Notes under the pieces: generated by a model
The model's input: only the letters and a program-made list of their open reading frames with translations
What the model was told of the DNA's origin: nothing
The model's database searches: none
Part shown: positions 24,322 through 39,460 of the stretch, one piece after another
How positions within the stretch are numbered: position 1 is the stretch's first letter
Layout of the letters: each line of letters starts with the position of its first letter
Position numbers and translations under genes: made by a program
Assembly (NCBI RefSeq): GCF_009914755.1
Contig: NC_060928.1
DNA length: 64,000 nt
Direction: 5' to 3' (one strand)
Origin: the human T2T-CHM13v2.0 reference genome, Homo sapiens

Positions 24322-27300
24322 TTTTGAAACAATCTTTTTGTAGAATCTGCAAGTGGATATTTGGATAGCTTTGAGGATTTCGTTGGAAACGGGATATCTT
24401 CATATAAAATCTAGACAGAAGCATTCTCAGAAACTTCTTTGTGCTGTATGTCCTCAATTAACAGAGTTGAACCATTGCTTGGATACAGCATTTTGGAAAC
24501 ATTCCTTGAGTAGAATCTGCAAGTTGATATTTAGATAGATTTGAAGATTTCGTTGGAAAAGGGAATATCTCCATATAAAATCTAGAGGGAAGCATTCTCA
24601 GAAACTGCTTTGTGATGTTTCCATTCAAGTCACAGAGTTGAATATTCCCTTTTATAGAGCACGTTTGAAACACTCTTTCTGCACTATCTGGAAGTGGACA
24701 TTTCGAGCGCTTTGAGGCCTATGGTGAAAAAGGAAATATCTTCCCATAAAAACTAGACAGAAGCATTCTCAGAAACTTGTTTGTGATGTGTGTATTCAAC
24801 TAACAGAGTTGAACTTTTGTTTTTACAGAGCCGTTTTAAAACACTCTTTTTGTGGAATCAGAAAGTGGATATTCGGATGGCTCTGAGGATTTCGTTGGAA
24901 GCGGGATTACATATAAAATCTAGAGAGAAGCATTCTCAGGAACTTCTTTGTGATGTTTGCATTGAAGTCACAGAATTGAACATTCACTTTGATAGAGCAG
25001 GTTTGAAACACTCATTCTGTAGTATCTGGAAGTGGACATTTCAAGCGCTTTCAGGCCTATGGTGAGAAAGGAAATATCTTCGAATAAAAACTAGACAGAA
25101 GCATCCTCAGAAACTTATTTGTGATGTGTGTCCTCAACTAACAGAGTTGAAACTTTGTTTTGATACAGCATTTTGGAAACACTCTTTTTGTAGAATCTGC
25201 AGGTGGATATTTGGATAGCTTAGAGGGATTCGTTGGAAAGGGGATATCTTCATATAAAATCTAGACAGAAGCATTCTCAGAAACTTATTTGTGATGTGTG
25301 TCCTCAACTAACAGAGTTGAACCTTGGTTTTGATACAGCATTTTGGAAACACTCCTTTTGTAGAATCTGCAGGTGGATATGTGGATAGCTCTGAAGATTT
25401 CGTTGGAAACGGGAATTTCTTCATATAAAATCAAACAGAAGCATTCTCAGAAACTTCTCAGTGATGTTTGCATTCAGCTCATGGAGTTGAACACTTCCTT
25501 TCATAGAGCCGGTTTGAAACACTCTTTCTGCACTACCTGGAAGAGGACATTTCGAGCGCTTTGAGTCCTATGGTGAAAAAGGAAATATCTTCTCATAGAA
25601 ACCAGAAAGAAGCATTCTCAGAAACTTCTTTGTGTTGTGTGTACTCATGTAACACTGTTGAACCATCCTTTTGACAGAGCAGTTTTGAAACACTCTTTTT
25701 GTAGAATCTGCAAGTGGATATTTGGATAGCTTTGAGGATTTCGTTGGAAACGGGATGACATATAATATCTAGAGAGAAGCATTCTCAGGAACTTCTTTGT
25801 GATGTTTGCATTCAAGTCACAGAATTGAACATTCCCTTTCATAGAGCAGGTTTGAAACACTCTTTCTCTAGTATCTGGAAGTGGGCATTTCAAGCGCTTT
25901 CAGGCCTATGGAGAGAAAGGAAATACCTTCAAATAAAAACTAGACAGAAGCATTCTCAGAAACTTATTTGTGATGTGTGTCCTCAACTAACAGAGTTGAA
26001 CCTTTGTTTTGATACAGCATTTTGGAAACACTCCTTTTGTAGAATCTGCAGGTGGATATTTGGATAGCTTTGAAGATTTCGTTGGAAACCGGAATATCTT
26101 CATATAAAATCAAGACAGAAGCATTCTCGGAAACATCTCTGTGATGTTTGCATTCAACTCAGTAGAGTTGAACACTTCCTTTCATAGAGCAGGTTTGAAA
26201 CACTCTTTCTGCACTACCTGGAAGCGGACATTTCGAGCGCTTTGAGGCCTATGGTGAAAAAGGAAATATCTTCTCATAAAAACCAGAAAGAAGCATTCTC
26301 AGAAACTTCTTTGTGTTGTGTGTACTCAAGTAACAGTGTTGAACCTTCCTTTTGACACAGCAGTTTTGAAACACTCTTTTGGTAGAATCTGCAAGTGGAT
26401 ATTTGGATAGCTTTGAGGATTTCGTTGGAAACGGGTTATCTTCATATAAAATCCAGACAGGAGCATTCTCAGAAACTTCTTTGTGCTGTATGTCCTCAAT
26501 TCACAGAGCTGAACCTTTGTTTGGATACAGCATTTTGGAGACATTCCTTTAGTAGAATCTGCAAGTTGATATTTAGATAGCTTTGAAGATTTCGTTGGAA
26601 ACGGGAATATCTTCATAGAAAATCTAGACGGAAGCATTCTCAGAAACTGCTTTGTGATGTTTGCATTCAAGTCACAGAGTTGAATATTCCCTTTTATAGA
26701 GTAGGTTTGAAACACTCTTTCGGCACTACCTGGAAGTGGATATTTCGAGCTCTTTGAGGCCTATGGTTAAAAGGAAATATCTTCCCATAAAAACTAGACA
26801 GAAGCCGTCTCAGAAACTTGTTTGTGATGTGTGTATTCAACTACCAGAGTTGAACATTTCTGTTACAGAGCAATTTTAAAACACTCTTTTTGTGGAATCT
26901 GAAAGTGGATAATTGGATAGCTTTGTGGATTTCGTTGGAAACGGGATGACGTATAAAATCTAGAGAGAAGCATTCTCAGGAACTTCTTTCTGATGTTTGC
27001 ATTCAAGTCACAGAATTGAACATTCCTTTTCATAGTGCAGGTTTGAAACACTCTTTCTGTAGTATCTGGAAGTGGACATTTCAAGCGCTTTCAGGCCTAC
27101 GGGGAGAAAGGAAATATCTTCAAATAAAAACTAGACAGAAGGATTCTCAGAAACTTATTTGTGATGTGTGTCCTAAACGAACACAGTTGAACCTTTGTTT
27201 TGATACAGCATTTTGGAAACACTCCTTTTGTAGGATCTGCAGGTGGATATTTGGATAGATTTTAAGATTTCGTTGGAAACGGGAGTTTCTTCATATAAAC

Positions 27301-27895
27301 TCAAGACAGATGCATTCTCAGAAACTTCTCTGTGATGTTTGCATTCCACTCATAGAGTTGAAAACTTCCTTTCATAGAGCAGGTTTGAAACACTCTTTTT
27401 GTAATATTTGGAAGTGTACATTTGCAGCGCTTTGAGGCCTATGGTGAAAAAGGAAATATCTTCTCATAAAAACCAGAAACAAGCATTCTCAGAAACTTCT
27501 TTTTGATGTGTGTCCTAAACGAACACAGTTGAACCTTTGTTTTGATACAGCATTTTGGAAACACTCCTTTTGTAAGATCGGCAGGTGGATATTTGGATAG
27601 ATTTTAAGATTTCGTTGGAAACGGGAATTTCTTCATAGAAACTCAAGACAGATGCATTCTCCGAAACTTCTCTGTGATGTTTACATTCCACTCATAGAGT
27701 TGAAAACTTCCTTTCATAGAGCAGGTTTGAAACACTCTTTTTGTAATATTTGGAAGTGGACATTTGCAGCGCTTTGAGGCCTATGGTGAAAAAGGAAATA
27801 TCTTCTCATAAAAACCAGAAACAAGCATTCTCAGAAACTTCTTTTTGATGTGTGTACTCAAGTAACAGAGTTGAACCTTCCTTTTGACACAGCAG
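24322..27895 (+). repeat. 21-mer HOR variant (unit 10, 3574 bp = 19-mer + 342 bp dimer duplication)
   Basis: Anchor spacing 24353-27927. CCTAAACGAACACAG occurs at both 27172 and 27514. Confidence 0.95.
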
Positions 27896-30800
27896 TTTTG
27901 AAACAATCTTTTTGTAGAATCTGCAAGTGGATATTTGGATAGCTTTGAGGATTTCGTTGGAAACGGGATATCTTCATATAAAATCTAGACAGAAGCATTC
28001 TCAGAAACTTCTTTGTGCTGTATGTCCTCAATTAACAGAGTTGAACCATTGCTTGGATACAGCATTTTGGAAACATTCCTTGAGTAGAATCTGCAAGTTG
28101 ATATTTAGATAGATTTGAAGATTTCGTTAGAAAAGGGAATATCTCCATAGAAAATCTAGAGGGAAGCATTCTCAGAAACTGCTTTGTGATGTTTCCATTC
28201 AAGTCACAGAGTTGAATATTCCCTTTTATAGAGCACGTTTGAAACACTCTTTCTGCACTATCTGGAAGTGGACATTTCGAGCGCTTTGAGGCCTATGGTG
28301 AAAAAGGAAATATCTTCCCATAAAAACTAGACAGAAGCATTCTCAGAAACTTGTTTGTGATGTGTGTATTCAACTAACAGGGTTGAACTTTTGTTTTTAC
28401 AGAGCCGTTTTAAAACACTCTTTTTGTGGAATCAGAAAGTGGATATTCGGATGGCTCTGAGGATTTCGTTGGAAGCGGGATTACATATAAAATCTAGAGA
28501 GAAGCATTCTCAGGAACTTCTTTGTGATGTTTGCATTGAAGTCACAGAATTGAACATTCACTTTGATAGAGCAGGTTTGAAACACTCATTCTGTAGTATC
28601 TGGAAGTGGACATTTCAAGCGCTTTCAGGCCTATGGTGAGAAAGGAAATATCTTCGAATAAAAACTAGACAGAAGCATCCTCAGAAACTTATTTGTGATG
28701 TGTGTCCTCAACTAACAGAGTTGAAACTTTGTTTTGATACAGCATTTTGGAAACACTCTTTTTGTAGAATCTGCAGGTGGATATTTGGATAGCTTAGAGG
28801 GATTCGTTGGAAAGGGGATATCTTCATATAAAATCTAGACAGAAGCATTCTCAGAAACTTATTTGTGATGTGTGTCCTCAACTAACAGAGTTGAACCTTG
28901 GTTTTGATACAGCATTTTGGAAACACTCCTTTTGTAGAATCTGCAGGTGGATATGTGGATAGCTCTGAAGATTTCGTTGGAAACGGGAATTTCTTCATAT
29001 AAAATCAAACAGAAGCATTCTCAGAAACTTCTCAGTGATGTTTGCATTCAGCTCATGGAGTTGAACACTTCCTTTCATAGAGCCGGTTTGAAACACTCTT
29101 TCTGCACTACCTGGAAGAGGACATTTCGAGCGCTTTGAGTCCTATGGTGAAAAAGGAAATATCTTCTCATAAAAACCAGAAAGAAGCATTCTCAGAAACT
29201 TCTTTGTGTTGTGTGTACTCATGTAACAGTGTTGAACCATCCTTTTGACAGAGCAGTTTTGAAACACTCTTTTTGTAGAATCTGCAAGTGGATATTTGGA
29301 TAGCTTTGAGGATTTCGCTGGAAACGGGATGACATATAATATCTAGAGAGAAGCATTCTCAGGAACTTCTTTATGATGTTTGCATTCAAGTCACAGAATT
29401 GAACATTCCCTTTCATAGAGCAGGTTTGAAACACTCTTTCTCTAGTATCTGGAAGTGGGCATTTCAAGCGCTTTCAGGCCTATGGAGAGAAAGGAAATAC
29501 CTTCAAATAAAAACTAGACAGAAGCATTCTCAGAAACTTATTTGTGATGTGTGTCCTCAACTAACAGAGTTGAACCTTTGTTTTGATACAGCATTTTGGA
29601 AACACTCCTTTTGTAGAATCTGCAGGTGGATATTTGGATAGCTTTGAAGATTTCGTTGGAAACCGGAATATCTTCATATAAAATCAAGACAGAAGCATTC
29701 TCGGAAACATCTCTGTGATGTTTGCATTCAACTCAGTAGAGTTGAACACTTCCTTTCATAGAGCCGGTTTGAAACACTCTTTCTGCACTACCTGGAAGCG
29801 GACATTTCGAGCGCTTTGAGGCCTATGGTGAAAAAGGAAATATCTTCTCATAAAAACCAGAAAGAAGCATTCTCAGAAACTTCTTTGTGTTGTGTGTACT
29901 CAAGTAACAGTGTTGAACCTTCCTTTTGACACAGCAGTTTTGAAACACTCTTTTGGTAGAATCTGCAAGTGGATATTTGGATAGCTTTGAGGATTTCGTT
30001 GGAAACGGGTTATCTTCATATAAAATCCAGACAGGAGCATTCTCAGAAACTTCTTTGTGCTGCATGTCCTCAATTCACAGAGCTGAACCTTTGTTTGGAT
30101 ACAGCATTTTGGAGACATTCCTTTAGTAGAATCTGCAAGTTGATATTTAGATAGCTTTGAAGATTTCGTTGGAAACGGGAATATCTTCATAGAAAATCTA
30201 GACGGAAGCATTCTCAGAAACTGCTTTGTGATGTTTGCATTCAAGTCACAGAGTTGAATATTCCCTTTTATAGAGTAGGTTTGAAACACTCTTTTGGCAC
30301 TACCTGGAAGTGGATATTTCGAGCTCTTTGAGGCCTATGGTTAAAAGGAAATATCTTCCCATAAAAACTAGACAGAAGCCATCTCAGAAACTTGTTTGTG
30401 ATGTGTGTATTCAACTAACAGAGTTGAACATTTCTGTTACAGAGCAATTTTAAAACACTCTTTTTGTGGAATCTGAAAGTGGATAATTGGATAGCTTTGT
30501 GGATTTCGTTGGAAACGGGATGACGTATAAAATCTAGAGAGAAGCATTCTCAGGAACTTCTTTCTGATGTTTGCATTCAAGTCACAGAATTGAACATTCC
30601 TTTTCATAGTGCAGGTTTGAAACACTCTTTCTGTAGTATCTGGAAGTGGACATTTCAAGCGCTTTCAGGCCTACGGGGAGAAAGGAAATATCTTCAAATA
30701 AAAACTAGACAGAAGGATTCTCAGAAACTTATTTGTGATGTGTGTCCTAAACGAACACAGTTGAACCTTTGTTTTGATACAGCATTTTGGAAACACTCCT

Positions 30801-31127
30801 TTTGTAGGATCTGCAGGTGGATATTTGGATAGATTTTAAGATTTCGTTGGAAACGGGAGTTTCTTCATAGAAACTCAAGACAGATGCATTCTCAGAAACA
30901 TCTCTGTGATGTTTGCATTCCACTCATAGAGTTGAAAACTTCCTTTCATAGAGCAGGTTTGAAACACTCTTTTTGTAATATTTGGAAGTGGACATTTGCA
31001 GCGCTTTGAGGCCTATGGTGAAAAAGGAAATATCTTCTCATAAAAACCAGAAACAAGCATTCTCAGAAACTTCTTTCTGATGTGTGTACTCAAGTAACAG
31101 AGTTGAACCTTCCTTTTGACACAGCAG
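27896..31127 (+). repeat. 19-mer HOR (unit 11, 3232 bp)
   Basis: Anchor spacing 27927-31159. Confidence 0.96.
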
Positions 31128-34100
31128 TTTTGAAACAATCTTTTTGTAGAATCTGCAAGTGGATATTTGGATAGCTTTGAGGATTTCGTTGGAAACGGGA
31201 TATCTTCATATAAAATCTAGACAGAAGCATTCTCAGAAACTTCTTTGTGCTGTATGTCCTCAATTAACAGAGTTGAACCATTGCTTGGATACAGCATTTT
31301 GGAAACATTCCTTGAGTAGAATCTGCAAGTTGATATTTAGATAGATTTGAAGATTTCGTTGGAAAAGGGAATATCTCCATATAAAATCTAGAGGGAAGCA
31401 TTCTCAGAAACTGCTTTGTGATGTTTCCATTCAAGTCACAGAGTTGAATATTCCCTTTTATAGAGCACGTTTGAAACACTCTTTCTGCACTATCTGGAAG
31501 TGGACATTTCGAGCGCTTTGAGGCCTATGGTGAAAAAGGAAATATCTTCCCATAAAAACTAGACAGAAGCATTCTCAGAAACTTGTTTGTGATGTGTGTA
31601 TTCAACTAACAGAGTTGAACTTTCGTTTTTACAGAGCCGTTTTAAAACACTCTTTTTGTGGAATCAGAAAGTGGATATTCGGATGGCTCTGAGGATTTCG
31701 TTGGAAGCGGGATTACATATAAAATCTAGAGAGAAGCATTCTCAGGAACTTCTTTGTGATGTTTGCATTGAAGTCACAGAATTGAACATTCACTTTGATA
31801 GAGCAGGTTTGAAACACTCATTCTGTAGTATCTGGAAGTGGACATTTCAAGCGCTTTCAGGCCTATGGTGAGAAAGGAAATATCTTCGAATAAAAACTAG
31901 ACAGAAGCATCCTCAGAAACTTATTTGTGATGTGTGTCCTCAACTAACAGAGTTGAAACTTTGTTTTGATACAGCATTTTGGAAACACTCTTTTTGTAGA
32001 ATCTGCAGGTGGATATTTGGATAGCTTAGAGGGATTCGTTGGAAAGGGGATATCTTCATATAAAATCTAGACAGAAGCATTCTCAGAAACTTATTTGTGA
32101 TGTGTGTCCTCAACTAACAGAGTTGAACCTTGGTTTTGATACAGCATTTTGGAAACACTCCTTTTGTAGAATCTGCAGGTGGATATGTGGATAGCTCTGA
32201 AGATTTCGTTGGAAACGGGAATTTCTTCATATAAAATCAAACAGAAGCATTCTCAGAAACTTCTCAGTGATGTTTCATTCAGCTCATGGAGTTGAACACT
32301 TCCTTTCATAGAGCCGGTTTGAAACACTCTTTCTGCACTACCTGGAAGAGGACATTTCGAGCGCTTTGAGTCCTATGGTGAAAAAGGAAATATCTTCTCA
32401 TAAAAACCAGAAAGAAGCATTCTCAGAAACTTCTTTGTGTTGTGTGTACTCAAGTAACAGTGTTGAACCATCCTTTTGACAGAGCAGTTTTGAAACACTC
32501 TTTTTGTAGAATCTGCAAGTGGATATTTGGATAGCTTTGAGGATTTCGTTGGAAACGGGTTATCTTCATATAAAATCCAGACAGGAGCATTCTCAGAAAC
32601 TTCTTTGTGCTGCATGTCCTCAATTCACAGAGCTGAACCTTTGTTTGGATACAGCATTTTGGAAACATTCCTTTAGTAGAATCTGCAAGTTGATATTTAG
32701 ATAGCTTTGAAGATTTCGTTGGAAACGGGAATATCTTCATAGAAAATCTAGACGGAAGCATTCTCAGAAACTGCTTTGTGATGTTTGCATTCAAGTCACA
32801 GAGTTGAATATTCCCTTTTATAGAGTAGGTTTGAAACACTCTTTCGGCACTACCTGGAAGTGGATATTTCGAGCTCTTTGAGGCCTATGGTTAAAAGGAA
32901 ATATCTTCCCATAAAAACTAGACAGAAGCCGTCTCAGAAACTTGTTTGTGATGTGTGTATTCAACTACCAGAGTTGAACATTTCTGTTACAGAGCAATTT
33001 TAAAACACTCTTTTTGTGGAATCTGAAAGTGGATAATTGGATAGCTTTGTGGATTTCGTTGGAAACGGGATGACGTATAAAATCTAGAGAGAAGCATTCT
33101 CAGGAACTTCTTTCTGATGTTTGCATTCAAGTCACAGAATTGAACATTCCTTTTCATAGTGCAGGTTTGAAACACTCTTTCTGTAGTATCTGGAAGTGGA
33201 CATTTCAAGCGCTTTCAGGCCTACGGGGAGAAAGGAAATATCTTCAAATAAAAACTAGACAGAAGGATTCTCAGAAACTTATTTGTGATGTGTGTCCTAA
33301 ACGAACACAGTTGAACCTTTGTTTTGATACAGCATTTTGGAAACACTCCTTTTGTAGGATCTGCAGGTGGATATTTGGATAGATTTTAAGATTTCGTTGG
33401 AAACGGGAGTTTCTTCATAGAAACTCAAGACAGATGCATTCTCAGAAACATCTCTGTGATGTTTGCATTCCACTCATAGAGTTGAAAACTTCCTTTCATA
33501 GAGCAGGTTTGAAACACTCTTTTTGTAATATTTGGAAGTGGACATTTGCAGCGCTTTGAGGCCTATGGTGAAAAAGGAAATATCTTCTCATAAAAACCAG
33601 AAACAAGCATTCTCAGAAACTTCTTTTTGATGTGTGTAGTCAAGTAACAGAGTTGAACCTTCCTTTTGACACAGCAGTTTTGAAACAATCTTTTTGTAGA
33701 ATCTGCAAGTGGATATTTGGATAGCTTTGAGGATTTCGTTGGAAACGGGATATCTTCATATAAAATCTAGACAGAAGCATTCTCAGAAACTTCTTTGTGC
33801 TGTATGTCCTCAATTAACAGAGTTGAACCATTGCTTGGATACAGCATTTTGGAAACATTCCTTGAGTAGAATCTGCAAGTTGATATTTAGATAGATTTGA
33901 AGATTTCGTTGGAAAAGGGAATATCTCCATATAAAATCTAGAGGGAAGCATTCTCAGAAACTGCTTTGTGATGTTTCCATTCAAGTCACAGAGTTGAATA
34001 TTCCCTTTTATAGAGCACGTTTGAAACACTCTTTCTGCACTATCTGGAAGTGGACATTTCGAGCGCTTTGAGGCCTATGGTGAAAAAGGAAATATCTTCC

Positions 34101-36228
34101 CATAAAAACTAGACAGAAGCATTCTCAGAAACTTGTTTGTGATGTGTGTATTCAACTAACAGAGTTGAACTTTTGTTTTTACAGAGCCGTTTTAAAACAC
34201 TCTTTTTGTGGAATCAGAAAGTGGATATTCGGATGGCTCTGAGGATTTCGTTGGAAGCGGGATTACATATAAAATCTAGAGAGAAGCATTCTCAGGAACT
34301 TCTTTGTGATGTTTGCATTGAAGTCACAGAATTGAACATTCACTTTGATAGAGCAGGTTTGAAACACTCATTCTGTAGTATCTGGAAGTGGACATTTCAA
34401 GCACTTTCAGGCCTATGGTGAGAAAGGAAATATCTTCGAATAAAAACTAGACAGAAGCATCCTCAGAAACTTATTTGTGATGTGTGTCCTCAACTAACAG
34501 AGTTGAAACTTTGTTTTGATACAGCATTTTGGAAACACTCTTTTTGTAGAATCTGCAGGTGGATATTTGGATAGCTTAGAGGGATTCGTTGGAAAGGGGA
34601 TATCTTCATATAAAATCTAGACAGAAGCATTCTCAGAAACTTATTTGTGATGTGTGTCCTCAACTAACAGAGTTGAACCTTGGTTTTGATACAGCATTTT
34701 GGAAACACTCCTTTTGTAGAATCTGCAGGTGGATATGTGGATAGCTCTGAAGATTTCGTTGGAAACGGGAATTTCTTCATATAAAATCAAACAGAAGCAT
34801 TCTCAGAAACTTCTCAGTGATGTTTGCATTCAGCTCATGGAGTTGAACACTTCCTTTCATAGAGCCGGTTTGAAACACTCTTTCTGCACTACCTGGAAGA
34901 GGACATTTCGAGCGCTTTGAGGCCTATGGTGAAAAAGGAAATATCTTCTCATAAAAACCAGAAAGAAGCATTCTCAGAAACTTCTTTGTGTTGTGTGTAC
35001 TCAAGTAACAGTGTTGAACCTTCCTTTTGACACAGCAGTTTTGAAACACTCTTTTGGTAGAATCTGCAAGTGGATATTTGGATAGCTTTGAGGATTTCGT
35101 TGGAAACGGGTTATCTTCATATAAAATCCAGACAGGAGCATTCTCAGAAACTTCTTTGTGCTGCATGTCCTCAATTCACAGAGCTGAACCTTTGTTTGGA
35201 TACAGCATTTTGGAAACATTCCTTTAGTAGAATCTGCAAGTTGATATTTAGATAGCTTTGAAGATTTCGTTGGAAACGGGAATATCTTCATAGAAAATCT
35301 AGACGGAAGCATTCTCAGAAACTGCTTTGTGATGTTTGCATTCAAGTCACAGAGTTGAATATTCCCTTTTATAGAGTAGGTTTGAAACACTCTTTCGGCA
35401 CTACCTGGAAGTGGATATTTCGAGCTCTTTGAGGCCTATGGTTAAAAGGAAATATCTTCCCATAAAAACTAGACAGAAGCCGTCTCAGAAACTTGTTTGT
35501 GATGTGTGTATTCAACTAACAGAGTTGAACATTTCTGTTACAGAGCAATTTTAAAACACTCTTTTTGTGGAATCTGAAAGTGGATAATTGGATAGCTTTG
35601 TGGATTTCGTTGGAAACGGGATGACGTATAAAATCTAGAGAGAAGCATTCTCAGGAACTTCTTTCTGATGTTTGCATTCAAGTCACAGAATTGAACATTC
35701 CTTTTCATAGTGCAGGTTTGAAACACTCTTTCTGTAGTATCTGGAAGTGGACATTTCAAGCGCTTTCAGGCCTACGGGGAGAAAGGAAATATCTTCAAAT
35801 AAAAACTAGACAGAAGGATTCTCAGAAACTTATTTGTGATGTGTGTCCTAAACGAACACAGTTGAACCTTTGTTTTGATACAGCATTTTGGAAACACTCC
35901 TTTTGTAGGATCTGCAGGTGGATATTTGGATAGATTTTAAGATTTCGTTGGAAACGGGAGTTTCTTCATAGAAACTCAAGACAGATGCATTCTCAGAAAC
36001 ATCTCTGTGATGTTTGCATTCCACTCATAGAGTTGAAAACTTCCTTTCATAGAGCAGGTTTGAAACACTCTTTTTGTAATATTTGGAAGTGGACATTTGC
36101 AGCGCTTTGAGGCCTATGGTGAAAAAGGAAATATCTTCTCATAAAAACCAGAAACAAGCATTCTCAGAAACTTCTTTCTGATGTGTGTACTCAAGTAACA
36201 GAGTTGAACCTTCCTTTTGACACAGCAG
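31128..36228 (+). repeat. Two 15-mer HORs (unit 12, 2550 bp with a 1 bp deletion near 32275; unit 13, 2551 bp)
   Basis: Anchor spacing 31159-33709-36260. TGTTTCATTC replaces TGTTTGCATTC at 32271. Confidence 0.95.
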
Positions 36229-39200
36229 TTTTGAAACAATCTTTTTGTAGAATCTGCAAGTGGATATTTGGATAGCTTTGAGGATTTCGTTGGAAACGGG
36301 ATATCTTCATATAAAATCTAGACAGAAGCATTCTCAGAAACTTCTTTGTGCTGTATGTCCTCAATTAACAGAGTTGAACCATTGCTTGGATACAGCATTT
36401 TGGAAACATTCCTTGAGTAGAATCTGCAAGTTGATATTTAGATAGATTTGAAGATTTCGTTGGAAAAGGGAATATCTCCATATAAAATCTAGAGGGAAGC
36501 ATTCTCAGAAACTGCTTTGTGATGTTTCCATTCAAGTCACAGAGTTGAATATTCCCTTTTATAGAGCACGTTTGAAACACTCTTTCTGCACTATCTGGAA
36601 GTGGACATTTCGAGCGCTTTGAGGCCTATGGTGAAAAAGGAAATATCTTCCCATAAAAACTAGACAGAAGCATTCTCAGAAACTTGTTTGTGATGTGTGT
36701 ATTCAACTAACAGAGTTGAACTTTTGTTTTTACAGAGCCGTTTTAAAACACTCTTTTTGTGGAATCAGAAAGTGGATATTCGGATGGCTCTGAGGATTTC
36801 GTTGGAAGCGGGATTACATATAAAATCTAGAGAGAAGCATTCTCAGGAACTTCTTTGTGATGTTTGCATTGAAGTCACAGAATTGAACATTCACTTTGAT
36901 AGAGCAGGTTTGAAACACTCATTCTGTAGTATCTGGAAGTGGACATTTCAAGCGCTTTCAGGCCTATGGTGAGAAAGGAAATATCTTCGAATAAAAACTA
37001 GACAGAAGCATCCTCAGAAACTTATTTGTGATGTGTGTCCTCAACTAACAGAGTTGAAACTTTGTTTTGATACAGCATTTTGGAAACACTCTTTTTGTAG
37101 AATCTGCAGGTGGATATTTGGATAGCTTAGAGGGATTCGTTGGAAAGGGGATATCTTCATATAAAATCTAGACAGAAGCATTCTCAGAAACTTATTTGTG
37201 ATGTGTGTCCTCAACTAACAGAGTTGAACCTTGGTTTTGATACAGCATTTTGGAAACACTCCTTTTGTAGAATCTGCAGGTGGATATGTGGATAGCTCTG
37301 AAGATTTCGTTGGAAACGGGAATTTCTTCATATAAAATCAAACAGAAGCATTCTCAGAAACTTCTCAGTGATGTTTGCATTCAGCTCATGGAGTTGAACA
37401 CTTCCTTTCATAGAGCCGGTTTGAAACACTCTTTCTGCACTACCTGGAAGAGGACATTTCGAGCGCTTTGAGTCCTATGGTGAAAAAGGAAATATCTTCT
37501 CATAAAAACCAGAAAGAAGCATTCTCAGAAACTTCTTTGTGTTGTGTGTACTCATGTAACAGTGTTGAACCATCCTTTTGACAGAGCAGTTTTGAAACAC
37601 TCTTTTTGTAGAATCTGCAAGTGGATATTTGGATAGCTTTGAGGATTTCGTTGGAAACGGGATGACATATAATATCTAGAGAGAAGCATTCTCAGGAACT
37701 TCTTTGTGATGTTTGCATTCAAGTCACAGAATTGAACATTCCCTTTCATAGAGCAGGTTTGAAACACTCTTTCTCTAGTATCTGGAAGTGGGCATTTCAA
37801 GCGCTTTCAGGCCTATGGAGAGAAAGGAAATACCTTCAAATAAAAACTAGACAGAAGCATTCTCAGAAACTTATTTGTGATGTGTGTCCTCAACTAACAG
37901 AGTTGAACCTTTGTTTTGATACAGCATTTTGGAAACACTCCTTTTGTAGAATCTGCAGGTGGATATGTGGATAACTTTGAAGATTTCGTTGGAAACCGGA
38001 ATATCTTCATATAAAATCAAGACAGAAGCATTCTCGGAAACATCTCTGTGATGTTTGCATTCAACTCAGTAGAGTTGAACACTTCCTTTCATAGAGCCGG
38101 TTTGAAACACTCTTTCTGCACTACCTGGAAGCGGACATTTCGAGCGCTTTGAGGCCTATGGTGAAAAAGGAAATATCTTCTCATAAAAACCAGAAAGAAG
38201 CATTCTCAGAAACTTCTTTGTGTTGTGTGTACTCAAGTAACAGTGTTGAACCTTCCTTTTGACACAGCAGTTTTGAAACACTCTTTTGGTAGAATCTGCA
38301 AGTGGATATTTGGATAGCTTTGAGGATTTCGTTGGAAACGGGTTATCTTCATATAAAATCCAGACAGGAGCATTCTCAGAAACTTCTTTGTGCTGCATGT
38401 CCTCAATTCACAGAGCTGAACCTTTGTTTGGATACAGCATTTTGGAAACATTCCTTTAGTAGAATCTGCAAGTTGATATTTAGATAGCTTTGAAGATTTC
38501 GTTGGAAACGGGAATATCTTCATAGAAAATCTAGACGGAAGCATTCTCAGAAACTGCTTTGTGATGTTTGCATTCAAGTCACAGAGTTGAATATTCCCTT
38601 TTATAGAGTAGGTTTGAAACACTCTTTTGGCACTACCTGGAAGTGGATATTTCGAGCTCTTTGAGGCCTATGGTTAAAAGGAAATATCTTCCCATAAAAA
38701 CTAGACAGAAGCCGTCTCAGAAACTTGTTTGTGATGTGTGTATTCAACTAACAGAGTTGAACATTTCTGTTACAGAGCAATTTTAAAACACTCTTTTTGT
38801 GGAATCTGAAAGTGGATAATTGGATAGCTTTGTGGATTTCGTTGGAAACGGGATGACGTATAAAATCTAGAGAGAAGCATTCTCAGGAACTTCTTTCTGA
38901 TGTTTGCATTCAAGTCACAGAATTGAACATTCCTTTTCATAGTGCAGGTTTGAAACACTCTTTCTGTAGTATCTGGAAGTGGACATTTCAAGCGCTTTCA
39001 GGCCTACGGGGAGAAAGGAAATATCTTCAAATAAAAACTAGACAGAAGGATTCTCAGAAACTTATTTGTGATGTGTGTCCTAAACGAACACAGTTGAACC
39101 TTTGTTTTGATACAGCATTTTGGAAACACTCCTTTTGTAGGATCTGCAGGTGGATATTTGGATAGATTTTAAGATTTCGTTGGAAACGGGAGTTTCTTCA

Positions 39201-39460
39201 TAGAAACTCAAGACAGATGCATTCTCAGAAACATCTCTGTGATGTTTGCATTCCACTCATAGAGTTGAAAACTTCCTTTCATAGAGCAGGTTTGAAACAC
39301 TCTTTTTGTAATATTTGGAAGTGGACATTTGCAGCGCTTTGAGGCCTATGGTGAAAAAGGAAATATCTTCTCATAAAAACCAGAAACAAGCATTCTCAGA
39401 AACTTCTTTTTGATGTGTGTACTCAAGTAACAGAGTTGAACCTTCCTTTTGACACAGCAG
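36229..39460 (+). repeat. 19-mer HOR (unit 14, 3232 bp)
   Basis: Anchor spacing 36260-39492. Confidence 0.96.
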
